This document shows, in pieces, positions 13,001 through 23,733 of a DNA stretch of 64,000 bases. Each line of letters begins with the position of its first letter. Within the stretch, counting starts at the first letter, position 1. A program made the translations under genes and the position numbers. The notes beneath the pieces are model-generated. The model did no database searches. It was not told the origin of the DNA and worked only from the letters and a program-made list of their open reading frames with translations. The stretch is from Podarcis erhardii (lineage: Eukaryota): NCBI GenBank assembly GCA_964252035.1, contig OZ176207.1; one strand, given 5' to 3'.

Positions 13001-13797
13001 ATAGTTCTGGGGAAATGTTTTTATATGATTCCTCTTCTGATAATCTGCAAATGTGCCTGATTAATGCTGATGGCATTTCATTTTGAGTCATTTTATTTCT
13101 CTGTCTAAACATGCGTATGTGAAATCCAACTCTCCAAATAAGCCAGCTTTGCTCTCTGTTCATAGATCCATGCCTATTATGTTTTTCCAAGATGCGATGG
13201 TGCCATGAATCCTCTTCAGCTAACTTGTAAAATGAATGCTAAATTCTGCTTTAATCAGCTATTCATCTTAGCAGCATTTGTCACAGAACCATCCCCCTTC
13301 TCAACAAACTGAACATGAAAGAGAGTAGGCTGAAAGCCTTAGCAATTGCACTCGGCCCTTTCTTTCTTTTGTCACCAATACAGTAGATTCTGGTGTCTCC
13401 TAGACAACAGCATCTAAAAGGCTTTCTAATTTCAATCTCTCATGGCTTTTCCTTCAGATTGTTGATGTCTCCTTATACAGGCAACCAGTAGTCGACATTT
13501 GTCCAGATTTTTTTTAATGTAGGCAATTTATATGGCTTTGCTGACTTTTTTCATTTATCTGGCTTGTATTCAAGGATGATACAAGAAAAAGAACTATACT
13601 ATTCATAGTATAGTTATTACCATCTCTTCTGCTTCTAGTCAGTTTTGTTTATAGTGCTGCTTATTGTTCCATTTCAAATTTTCCAGTGCATATTTTCTTG
13701 GAAAATATTAGATATTTGGATTTTATAAAAAACAACAATTCTAAACTGTTTTTAGTAGACGCATATTTCACTTTCAGAACCGCACAGTTTTGCTTCA

Positions 13798-13885
13798 GTG
13801 CAATCCTGTGTAGGTTGCCTTACAAGTAAACCCTACTGAGTTCAATGGGACTTACTCCAGAGTAAATCTGGATAGGATTGTGACT
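13798..13885. mobile_element. Short hairpin-type squamate interspersed repeat
   Basis: gcaatcctgtgtag...actgagttcaatgggacttactcc...ataggattgtg. Related copies at about 28625-28690 and 43340-43390. Confidence 0.5.
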
Positions 13886-14564
13886 TTATTTATCTAGATG
13901 GGCAGCTCCTCTCTTGGAGTGTACTCATCAGGAAATGAGCCCCATTAAACTCAAAGGGGTCTCAGAGGGAACTGCTTTTGAGTCAAGATGTATAAGATTG
14001 TGCTGTAAAATCTCTAATTGCTTTTTGGTTGTTTGTTTGTTTTTTAGAAATACATTGTTTGTAATTTTGGGGGTGGTTTGTTAGCCACCTTGAGTTTTTA
14101 AAAGGGAGAGGAACTAAACATGAGAGGAATAAATGAAGAGATCTGCAGGGGTGGGAAGCAGAGAAGAATGGAAGGTTTGCAAATGGGATGTAGAGAGACT
14201 TCCAGTTGTGCAAGGAGAGGAGAGTGTCAAAGCTAATCAGAGAAAAAAAAGAAGTTTATGGAACTCTACTGAGAAGAAAGGAGCTACACAGAGGGGGGAA
14301 AGGCATTTGAGAGATGGGGATGCAAGCCAGTGACAGGACAGAAAAACATTCTTCCTAAAGGCACATAGTATTAGATACGGAAATAAGGTATGCTGTGGAT
14401 GGGAAGGGAAAGAGGCTTTATGGAGAGTGGTGTTCAACTTCAGGACACTTGTAACGGGCAGAGACCGAGGAGAATGTGCATCATGGCAAAGGTGGACAGA
14501 AGGTAGATTGAGAGCTTCTGGTAGAACTTCTTTTTTTTTTTTGCTCCTAATTGTTGTGACGATT

Positions 14565-14614
14565 GTGGCAACAAAAACTGACCACACACGTGGCAACAAA
14601 AACTGACCACACAC
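14565..14614. repeat. Perfect 25-bp tandem duplication
   Basis: GTGGCAACAAAAACTGACCACACAC at 14565-14589 and again at 14590-14614. Confidence 0.97.
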
Positions 14615-15413
14615 AAACCTCTATTTTGCACCGTTGGTGGATCTTACTGTTCAAGATCCTACTGTTGAAGTAAAAACTATGTTGGTTCTGCCATCTCAAA
14701 GTCTGCTCACCTTTGCTCTATGGAATACTGAGAAAACAAGGTTAGCAGATCATGAGTTATAAATAAACCATTAAGTTAAAACTATTTCAGTTCTTAAAAG
14801 TTACTCTGGCCCTCTGAATAACTTGAGTCATACACGCCTGCAATGAAAGCAGATAAAAGTCCTTAAACCACTTAGGATCTGTCAAGTCTTCAAGGGTAAG
14901 GAATTCCGTGATAGCAAGAGCAGTGCAAATGGATAAGAAAATGTTTCCTCATAAGATTCTGATAAGGAATGGGAAGAAGGGAGATCATCTTTCGCATACG
15001 TAGGAACCAAAACCTTGTAGGATTTGACCTAGTGGAATGTGCATTAAACTCAGTCGGACTCTTATGATTTATAAGTGCTCATGTGTGGCTAGGTGCTTGT
15101 AAATTTGATGCTAGATCTTTTAAGATTTTTGAGATATTTCCTCCATCCTATATTACTCAAAAAAATAAAAATATCCCCAACTGAAAAGGGGTCAAGTTAC
15201 ACTCCTTTAATTTAGAATAAAACCAAATATTTGTTGTTTGCTCTGCTAGACACTGCCTTAATGTTTGTCAGCTGTAGGTGAAGTTGATAGCATACTATTG
15301 TCCTCCTTTGCCTGTTTTTTAATCTTCATTCTGTGTTGTGTTTTTTCCTGCCTTGCATATAATGTTTTTAAAAATGCACAAAACATTTTACACACTGGCT
15401 CATCCAAGTGTGT

Positions 15414-15661
15414 GCCAGTGTGGTGTAGTGGTTAAGAGCGGTAGTCACGTAATCTGGGGAACTGGGTTCGCGTCTCCGCTCTTCCACATGCAGCTGCTGG
15501 GTGACCTTGGGCCAGTCACACTTCTTTGAAGTCTCTCAGCCCCACTCACCTCACAGAGTGTTTGTTGTGGGGGAGGAAGGGAAAGGGGATTGTTAGCCGC
15601 TTTGAGACTCCTGAAGGGGAGTGAAAGGCGGGATATCAAATCCAAACTCCTCTTCTTCTTC
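15414..15661 (+). mobile_element. tRNA-derived SINE with (TCT)n tail (Squam3-like), near full length
   Basis: A-box tggtgtagtgg, B-box-like gggttcgcgtc, body ...gtgaccttgggccagtcacac...gttagccgctttgagactcc, tail ctcctcttcttcttc. The family name is from memory. Confidence 0.75.
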
Positions 15662-15680
15662 AAATGATTTGGTTGTGGTT

Positions 15681-15840
15681 GGAGGCAGCATACCTCTACA
15701 TACTATTTGTTGGAAACTCTAGGTGCTCTTGTGTTCAAGTCTTGCTTGCAGGCTTCATGTAGGCATCTGGCTGGACCAAAGGATGCTGGACCAAATGGGC
15801 CACAGGCCTGATCCAGCAAAGAGCTTCTTATGTCCTTATG
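15681..15840 (+). mobile_element. Squamate retroposon 3' end (same family as 826-1002)
   Basis: ggatgctggaccaaatgggcc...gcctgatccagcaaagagcttcttatgtccttatg. Confidence 0.6.
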
Positions 15841-16128
15841 GAAATGTTGGTCTGGGGAAATAGTGGTCAAAATATACTGTGATTAAACTGCAAGTGGCTA
15901 ATGTCAAAGCTGCTCTGCTTTGCAATTGCTGTTTTGACAATGAGGGAATAAGGGTGTGCTAATATAAACTTACATTGACATCTTAAGATCAGCTCACTTC
16001 CTCTGATGTATCCTTGGCATGGGACATTGTAGGAACAAGAAATGCAGCAGATATAAAGTGTGGGAAAGAGCAGATGACCATAAAAGCAAATAAGTTGACG
16101 TCAGTGCAGATAAAAACCCTCTCTAAAT

Positions 16129-16400
16129 CAGTGTTTCCCAACCTTTTTTGGGCAAAGGCACACTTGTTTCATGAAAAAAATCTCGAGGCACACCACCATT
16201 AGAAAATGTTTAAAAAATTAACTCTGTGCCTATATTGACTATATATAAAGTAACTCTCTTTAATAGGAATCAAATAAACACAAATAAAGTATTTTATAAT
16301 TACTTTATTATGAAATAGTAAGTAAACAGAAATATGAAAAATTATAAAATACTTTATTCAGTGAACCTGTGAGGGCCCGCCCTTTGCGGCAGCCGATTGG
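16129..16400. mobile_element. hAT-type DNA transposon left end, with no right TIR found
   Basis: CAGTGTTTCCCAACCTTTTTTGGGCAAAGGCACACTTG preceded by ctctaaat, a typical hAT target. Confidence 0.65.
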
Positions 16401-16465
16401 CTGCCACCGTGGGCAGTGAATATTAATGATGTATCATTTTTGTGCTTCATGCTGTGGCCACAGAC

Positions 16466-16856
16466 ATGTGATCTGATGGTGAATTTGGGGTGACCCAATG
16501 CAAAAATCCTGAGAATCCCTGTGGATCCATGTTTTGTAACCACGTTTTTGCACCATTGCAGCCCCAGGCAACAGTGGGTGTGTGATTTTGGGGGGGCAGG
16601 CTGTAGCCATGGACATGCTATGTGATCTGATGGTGAATTTGGGGTGACCCAATGCAAAGATCCTGAGGATCCATGTGGATCCATGTTTTGTAACCACATT
16701 TTTGCACCACTGCAGCCCCAGGCAACAGTGGGTGCGTGATTTTTGGAGGGCAGGCTGTAGCCATGGACATGCTATGTGATCTGTTGGTGAATTTGGGGTG
16801 ACCCAATGCAAAGATCCTGAGGATCCATGTGGATCCATGCTTTTAAACCACATTTT
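16466..16856. repeat. Tandem array, 154-bp unit, about 2.5 copies
   Basis: Units start at 16466, 16620 and 16774 (atgtgatctg...). Units 1 and 2 differ at 8 of 154 positions by manual count. Confidence 0.95.
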
Positions 16857-17094
16857 AAGTGGGGAGGGAAGGAAAAACACAGAACGGACAAGGAGCACGA
16901 GAGGGGTGTGCAGAGAAGCAGCTGGCTAAGAATGCAGGAGAGGGGTATAACGGGGAGGGAGGAAAGGAAGGCAAAAGTTTTCCCTCACCTACTCACCCAA
17001 GCCAGCCAGCTCGCACGCGCTCTCTCTCTCTCTCTCTCTCTCCCTCCTGCCTGCTTGCCTGGAGGGGAGGGGCTTTCCCTGCTCTTTGTTCCGT

Positions 17095-17276
17095 TTGAGC
17101 AAACCTGGAAGTAGGTGTTTTGGTTTGTGAACTTTGCCTTGGAAGCAGAACATGTTCCACTTCCTGTTGAATGTGTTCCATTTGTAAATTGAGTCCTCTG
17201 CTGCTTTGAGAAAGCATGCCTTGGTTTAAGAATGGACTTCCGGAACGGATTAAGTTCGTAAACCAAGGCACCACTG
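17095..17276. mobile_element. Tigger/pogo-like MITE, right part only
   Basis: Ends ...ttccggaacggattaagttcgtaaaccaaggcaccactg, a close match to the right TIR region of the complete MITE at 39331-39556. Confidence 0.75.
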
Positions 17277-20200
17277 TTGGTCATCTTCCTGTTCTTGCTA
17301 GGGTGGCCAGATGTAATGAGAAAATGGGGCTCCTGCTCCTTTTAACAGTTGCACAGATGAGGAAATTTTGGTAAATGCAGCTTGTTGTGCAGAGGTGAGA
17401 AAATCTGCATCTGCTAAAAGTCCTCCCAATACATACTTCTGAAAAGTTCAGAACCCTTCTTTCTTTACTTCTGATGACTTAGATTGTCACTTGCTTTCTT
17501 TCTTAGTTAAATAAAGGAATAGTGGCACTGCCATTTCTGCTACCCACCTTAGGTGAAAATGGCGTGCACTTGTGGGTCCCAACCACTAGCTGAATATCTG
17601 TGTCTTAGGAGTATTTTATTTTATTCATTAAATTTGTATACCGCCCTATATCTGTATATCTGAAGGTAGTTCACAGACAGTACAGGGCATCTCATTTGAT
17701 AACTACGACTACTTGGCCCTGCCTGATATGATGTTCTCAGTTGCTTATTGGATATTATTCATTAAATTTTCTTTTAAATGTAAAATCATGTGTTGTGGGT
17801 CCTTTTGAATGGCATCTTCTGAAACTGATGATTGGAGCTTCTGGGGGATTGCAAGAACAATATATAGCTCAAGTAATAAGATTCCGTTAAAAAAAAAAGT
17901 TCATTGTTGCTAAGTAGCTTTTAAAAGAAATCCTGTTTCCCAGCTGGAAGATCCAAGGAACAAATGCATATTAAAATAGACACTGTGGACAATTTTAAGG
18001 GAGGCAGAACAAATACAACCAACTGATGTTGAAACATTCAGATAGAAGCAATATACTGAAATTCTGTGGTCAGCATTGCCAATGCCCCCAGTCTGAAAAA
18101 TATGGTGTTTCACATGTACTAACAGTGCTTTGCTGCATAGTGAAATATTACTCTGAAATCTGTTTACACTCATTTAATTTAGCTGTGCCATGGTACTGAT
18201 CAACACTATGTGAAAAATGTCATTCTTCTTTCTTGAAGTATCGGGGCTCCTGCTGACTTTCAGTTTTGCATGTGGATGAAAGGAATGTGTGCCTTTGAAA
18301 AGCTTTTTTTATTAGAATGTGCTAATGAAGCTTTAGGGCTCTCAACATTGGATAAGATAATCCATCATATTTGTGGGTGTGAGCATGACCATACATATCT
18401 CTGACTACTTTTTGCATTTTATAAGGGTTGACTTCATCCCTGCCCCCCTTTTGTTAGGGCTCCTAAGGCTTCTGATAGTTAGACTCCAGACAGCTAACAA
18501 CAACTATGGGAGTGATACTGATAACGGAAACTCTGGTAAATGACATTTCAGGAACCGTGTTGTGTGCTCAGACTTAATATGAGCAAGAGGATTTCTAAAA
18601 AGATGTTTAGAGGAGATATCTTCATGCCTTCTACAAATAGTTCCAGCACATAGTAATTCCATCAAATGCTTCCACCACACCAATACACTTGTACTAACCT
18701 CATTGATTTACATTGGTCCAGCAATACACAGTTAAAGCTTGTCCAACATCTGCATGCTTATTTGAGAATCCCTGTGGCAGATAGATTCATCACAATATAG
18801 CAGCTCCTTCCCAGGTGTAGGAGCTCTACATGGACTTTCCATTTGCTGCTCTTCCATTTGCTGCTCTTCCCTTACCCCAGGGTAAGGAAAATGGGTGCCA
18901 GAATCCTGTGTGTGTGCTAGAATGCACATAGTGCTGTAGATCAAGAATTTGTCTCCTAAAGCATTTATTTCCTATAGCTACATCTATAAAAACCTGATGC
19001 AAAGAAGTCTTTTAATAGATCCATTTTTTTCGCAGTCAAGAAGAGACTGAGGAGAAATAAAACAACACATATATGGCTCAAGTAGTCTGATCTAGCAAAA
19101 ACATAGTTCTTGAGGTTTATAACTATTTGACAGGTTCAGGAGAAAAGTTTGCTTTTAGTGTATTGCAGCCTGCTTCTATTGCATGTACTAACAGGCTACA
19201 GTTAGTTGATTCTGTTTAGAACAAGCATTTCCATCAGCCTTTGCATAATTTCACACTAATAATGTGGCTGCCCTACATTAGCTGTTCAATTGCACAATAA
19301 ATCACTTGTTTCATGTGTGTCCTCTGTTTCTGGTGGCTTACCAAATGTGTTATGCATCAAGTCCCCGCAGTTATGAAGACCTTGAGACTATCATTAGTTT
19401 TCATTTTCCTTCGTTGACACAGACACAATTTAGTCTTCTTCACAGAGATGTTGTTGCATGAGTGTAATAGGCTTTAACAGTTTATGACTTTTGATGTACT
19501 GTTTCTGTTTGAGATTAAGGCAACATTTTCATTTTGAAAGCTTGGGTGTTTTTCCTCCTTCCCTTTTAAATGCACACATTTATTAGACACCTTTTCAGCC
19601 TTCAAAGATAACAGTGATTTGTGTTTTGCCTCTTTATATGTGTTAATTTCATAAGAATAGCTGTGTTTCAGATATTTGTGAGAAGCAAAGATGAAATAAA
19701 CTCTCCAGGCCAGTACCGAAATGTTTGCCTTAGCATCATCATAATCACCATTGCTTATTTGTAGGCCACTTTTCCATGGTAAACCTTGCTCAAAGCAGCT
19801 CAAAGCATTAGAAAAATGTGCATAATAAAACATAACATTCAAGTATAAGGCACCAATTACAAGGCATAGCAAATCTCAATAGTCATACAGATGTTAATAG
19901 GCTAATCAAAATATCTTATCTTAATAAATATACAATAAGATCAAACAATTATCTAATTCATAATAAGGCATATCCTACGAGAACACAATCCAAATAGCAG
20001 GAAAAATAATGCATATCTTAAAAACTAAATGTTTTCCCCAGCAACCGCTAAACTAAAGCCCACCCTGATGGCTTCTAGGCATCTTGAGCAGCCTTTATAG
20101 CTGGAGTCAGTCAGCTGCACTGTGATGTTTCACTTGGAGAATAACTGTGATTCAAACATGAATTGCATTTACAATAATAACTTGATAATAATGACAAAAT

Positions 20201-21199
20201 CAGTCTTTAGTGTTGTTACTTTGGAATTGGTATTTAATGTAGTTCCACTTAAGAGCTTTCCAATTTTAAAACATTACTTTTCATATTTTTCAAACTTACT
20301 TTGAAGTTGCCTTATAAATATTCAGGGTGTGTGTGTTCTTAAATCTAGCATTGTTTCATACGGATAGGCTCAAATGCTGTTCCTTTAGAGGAATAAAATC
20401 TGTGAATGCATAAAAAATCAGGTAGAAGTGAGGGAGTTTCCCAGTACTTCCCATTATAGGTCTTAATATTGTACCTGTGGTAAATGAAAAATAAAACTGT
20501 TGGAATGGAGATACACTAAGTAGGCAATCCAAAATTCTCCTCTTCCAGTTTGTCTAGCTACTCCAAAGAGGAATACACCTAGAAATGTTACCACCTTTAG
20601 CATCCGGAGATGAATGATTTGCTCTTAGTTAAAAGGCAAAAAACAAGCATTAAACAGCTTGCTGCTCCAGATGTTTTGCTACCCTAGGTAGTTACCTGCC
20701 TCAGCTCGGCCCTGCAGCAGGTTGGATTGCTTTTGAGTCATTTGTATTTCACACATTGTTTGCTGTTCCCAGTACTTTGCATTGTCACTGATAAATACAT
20801 TTTGAGTATTATTATTTTTTTAAGTATTAAATCAAGAAATCCGGTACTTTAAAGAAAATATTTTTCTGTAATCTAGTGACTGTAATTGTCTATGCTAAGT
20901 AGTAAAAAAAAGTGTCCCATTTTCATGAAATTGGGAAGTGGCAGAGACAGCAATAGCAAATATTAAACTCAATATACAACTACTATTTACATCTTTTATC
21001 AAAACACACAAACAGAATGCCTTGAATTTGTTGCAATACAATATTATTGTTACTATAACTTTTCAGAAATAGTGTTGAATATTTGCAACTTGTGCAAACA
21101 GCTGCTTCCAGGAGAGTTACTGTGCCTAATGTGTTTAATTTGTTGGAAGCCACCTAGAGTGGCTGGGGCAACCCAGTCAGATGTAGAGCATATAGCTAC

Positions 21200-21201
<2 letters not shown>

Positions 21202-21241
<40 letters not shown>
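21202..21241. repeat. (TAT)13 microsatellite
   Basis: Directly visible. Confidence 0.97.
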
Positions 21242-21243
<2 letters not shown>

Positions 21244-21610
21244 CACTCCGCACTAAGTCAAACCTTAGCTCAGTGCAAACATGGGGTCTCCTGGAGAGGA
21301 GCTTACAGCCACCTTGGGCTTCCGCCAATCATTCTAGCTGCTGTGCTGAACTAAGCCAAGGCTTGACTTCAAATGTTGTCCAAACCTCGGCTCGCTCTCC
21401 AGACTAGCCATGGAGCTGTAACCAAGGTATGTTTTTGGTCACCATTTGTGGCTAGTCTGCAGAGAGTGTAACCATGAGCCTGGGTTCAGATGATAAACCT
21501 TTCTGTATCTCTTCATGGTGCAGCAGAAGAGAACCAGGGAAGAGCAAAGTTACTGCGAGCTCCTCTCCAGGAGCTTGTACATTCACACTAAGCCAAATTT
21601 TGACTTAGAG

Positions 21611-21792
21611 CAGTACCGGTAGTTCCCTATTGGTGGTCTGCAGACCCCAGGGGTTCCATGAAACCCACGCAAGGGGTCTGTGGCACCATTCACATAACAA
21701 AAACCACCCTGGAAATATGAAAATTTTCAGAAGTAGGGGATCCATGGCTTGGCTTTTGAAAAACTGAGTGCATAGGTAATTGGAAACCACTG
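21611..21792. mobile_element. hAT-type MITE, decayed
   Basis: CAGT...ggaaaccACTG termini and 8-bp flanks acttagag / gcttagac (6 of 8 identical). Confidence 0.55.
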
Positions 21793-23395
21793 GCTTAGAC
21801 AGTTGTGCAAATGTTGGGGAAAGCTCCATTCCCTTTTCCAGCTACCTAAACAATAATGTTACATTGCTGGAGTAGACCGTATGGATTGTGTTTGCTCAAG
21901 AATGGAATGGCTGCTTCTGCCCTCGTGGGTGTCTTGTTATATAGCTGTATGAGGCATGAATAATAATAGCCAAATAGAGTCATTGTGGAGGTTTATGAGA
22001 ATTGCATCCTTGGGAGATGCAATTCCCCCAGGGGCGCCTAGTGCTTAGGGGTTTGGGGAGGGCTCTTGATGTTTTCTTCACTGGAGCAAGGTACAGTGCC
22101 CCCCTGTACATCAGCTGATGGATAGCAGAAGCAAACCTTGCTCAAGGAGGGAGAAGTGGATTCCAGTCAATGTAAACTGCTTTTCCCTCCCAGCACAGTT
22201 CTTTGAAACAGCCCCATTAGCCCATGGGCATAGCCAGAGGGGCAGAGGGCAGCTGCCTCCCTAAATCAAGGAAATAAATAAAAACACTTAACTTACTGAT
22301 GTGGAGCAGTTTGCAAAGGGCTTAGTTTAGCTGCCAATGCCTGTTCCCTCTTGGGAGCACAGGTACGCAGCCAAAGCAGTCAGCCGCTCCCAAGTATGAG
22401 GCATGGGGAAGTGAGAACTTTAGTCTTCTCCCTGACCTCCTCCCCCTTGCTTGGGGGAAAATTGGGATGCTTGCTTTGGCTGCACATGTTTCAGAGAGCA
22501 GTGGTGAGAAAGAGAGGTGGGGGAGAGAGTTTAGTGGTGCGAAGGAAGATCAACTTATTGGGGGTGTGCATATGAGAGAGAGAGAGCTTGCTGCTGAGAA
22601 CTCTTTTACATGCCCAAATATGCATAGTTTTGCTGGAATATGGAGTCCTGAAGTTGGGTCTTCTGAGCACCTTGCAGGAAGCAGCATGCTTCTAAAAGGA
22701 AGAGGGCCACCTGTCACATTTGGCCCATGAGGCAGATCCTCATAAGGATCTGGCCAGTGGAGCAAAAAAGCTTCCCCACCCCTCTTGTAAAGTGCATGAT
22801 GGTTGCATGTTCAAAAAAAAATATTCTACTTTCCTCGGAAAAGCAAATTCTTGTTAATGAAATGACTAAGTGTTGGCTTATCAAAACACCTATGCATAGA
22901 TATTAGACAGCCAAGTCACCGTGCTTTCTAAGGGAAAAAAACATCCACTGTTGGCAAACCAACCATTTTATTTCCAATAGCCAGTCTTCAAACACAGCTA
23001 ATTTTAGATCAGCTATGTACTTTAGATAAATTACGTTTTTTTCTGCTACTGCCCTTTGCTTTTTCAGTCCCACACTCAGTTGATGCATATGCTTTTTTTC
23101 AGGCTGCAGCTTACTTGTATTTTCCATGTTGTCTTGTTTTGTTGCCCATATGGCATATGTTTATGACAACTGTGTGATGAATTGTTGTATGCAGGTATTG
23201 CCTTGCACCACCGTAAGACATTTCCTGTTGGGTTTTCATGTGAATGTATGAATAATTAAATCCTCTTTCATTTAACGGAATATAAGTAGATATAAAATAC
23301 TTAGCATTTGTGTGCTGATATTGGATGAAGGCTGTTATTGCATATTGGCTGTGGTGTTTCAATAAGTTCTTCACACAAGGTGTGAGTCTGGCTTG

Positions 23396-23733
23396 TAAAG
23401 GTAAAGGGACCCCTGACCATTAGGTCCAGTCGTGACAGACTCTGGGGTTGCGGCGCTCATCTCGCTTTATTGGCCAAGGGAGCCGGCGTACAGCTTCCGG
23501 GTCATGTGGCCAGCATGACTAAGCCGCTTCTGGCAAACCAGAGCAGCGCACGGAAACACCGTTTACCTTCCGCCGCAGCGGTACCTATTTATCTACTTGC
23601 ACTTTAACGTGCTTTCAAACTACTAGGTTGGCAGGAGCTGGGACTGAGCAATGGGAGCTCACCCCGTCGCAGGGACCTTCTGATCGGCAAGTCCTAGGCT
23701 CTGTGGTTTAAACCACAGCACCACCCGCATCCC
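23396..23733 (-). mobile_element. Sauria SINE, near full length, 9-bp TSD
   Basis: The minus strand begins GGGATGCGGGTGGTGCTGTGG and ends ...GGGGTCCCTTTACCTTTA. AGTCTGGCT is at 23385-23393 and 23736-23744. CpG-rich, so probably young. Confidence 0.9.

Noticed and set aside
14100-14420. Long purine-rich tract, and the poly-G runs elsewhere (for example 2642, 6960, 24167), as triplex or G4 elements
   Set aside because: Low-complexity sequence with no mirror symmetry or regular G-tract spacing that I could establish. Homopolymer lengths are also error-prone in assemblies.
16466-16856. CRISPR-like array
   Set aside because: The units are contiguous and about 95% identical with no unique spacers, and the DNA is vertebrate with no cas genes.
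16358-16898. Three overlapping minus-strand ORFs with repeated peptides
   Set aside because: They are a by-product of the 154-bp tandem array. The unit length is not a multiple of three, so the same peptides rotate through frames.
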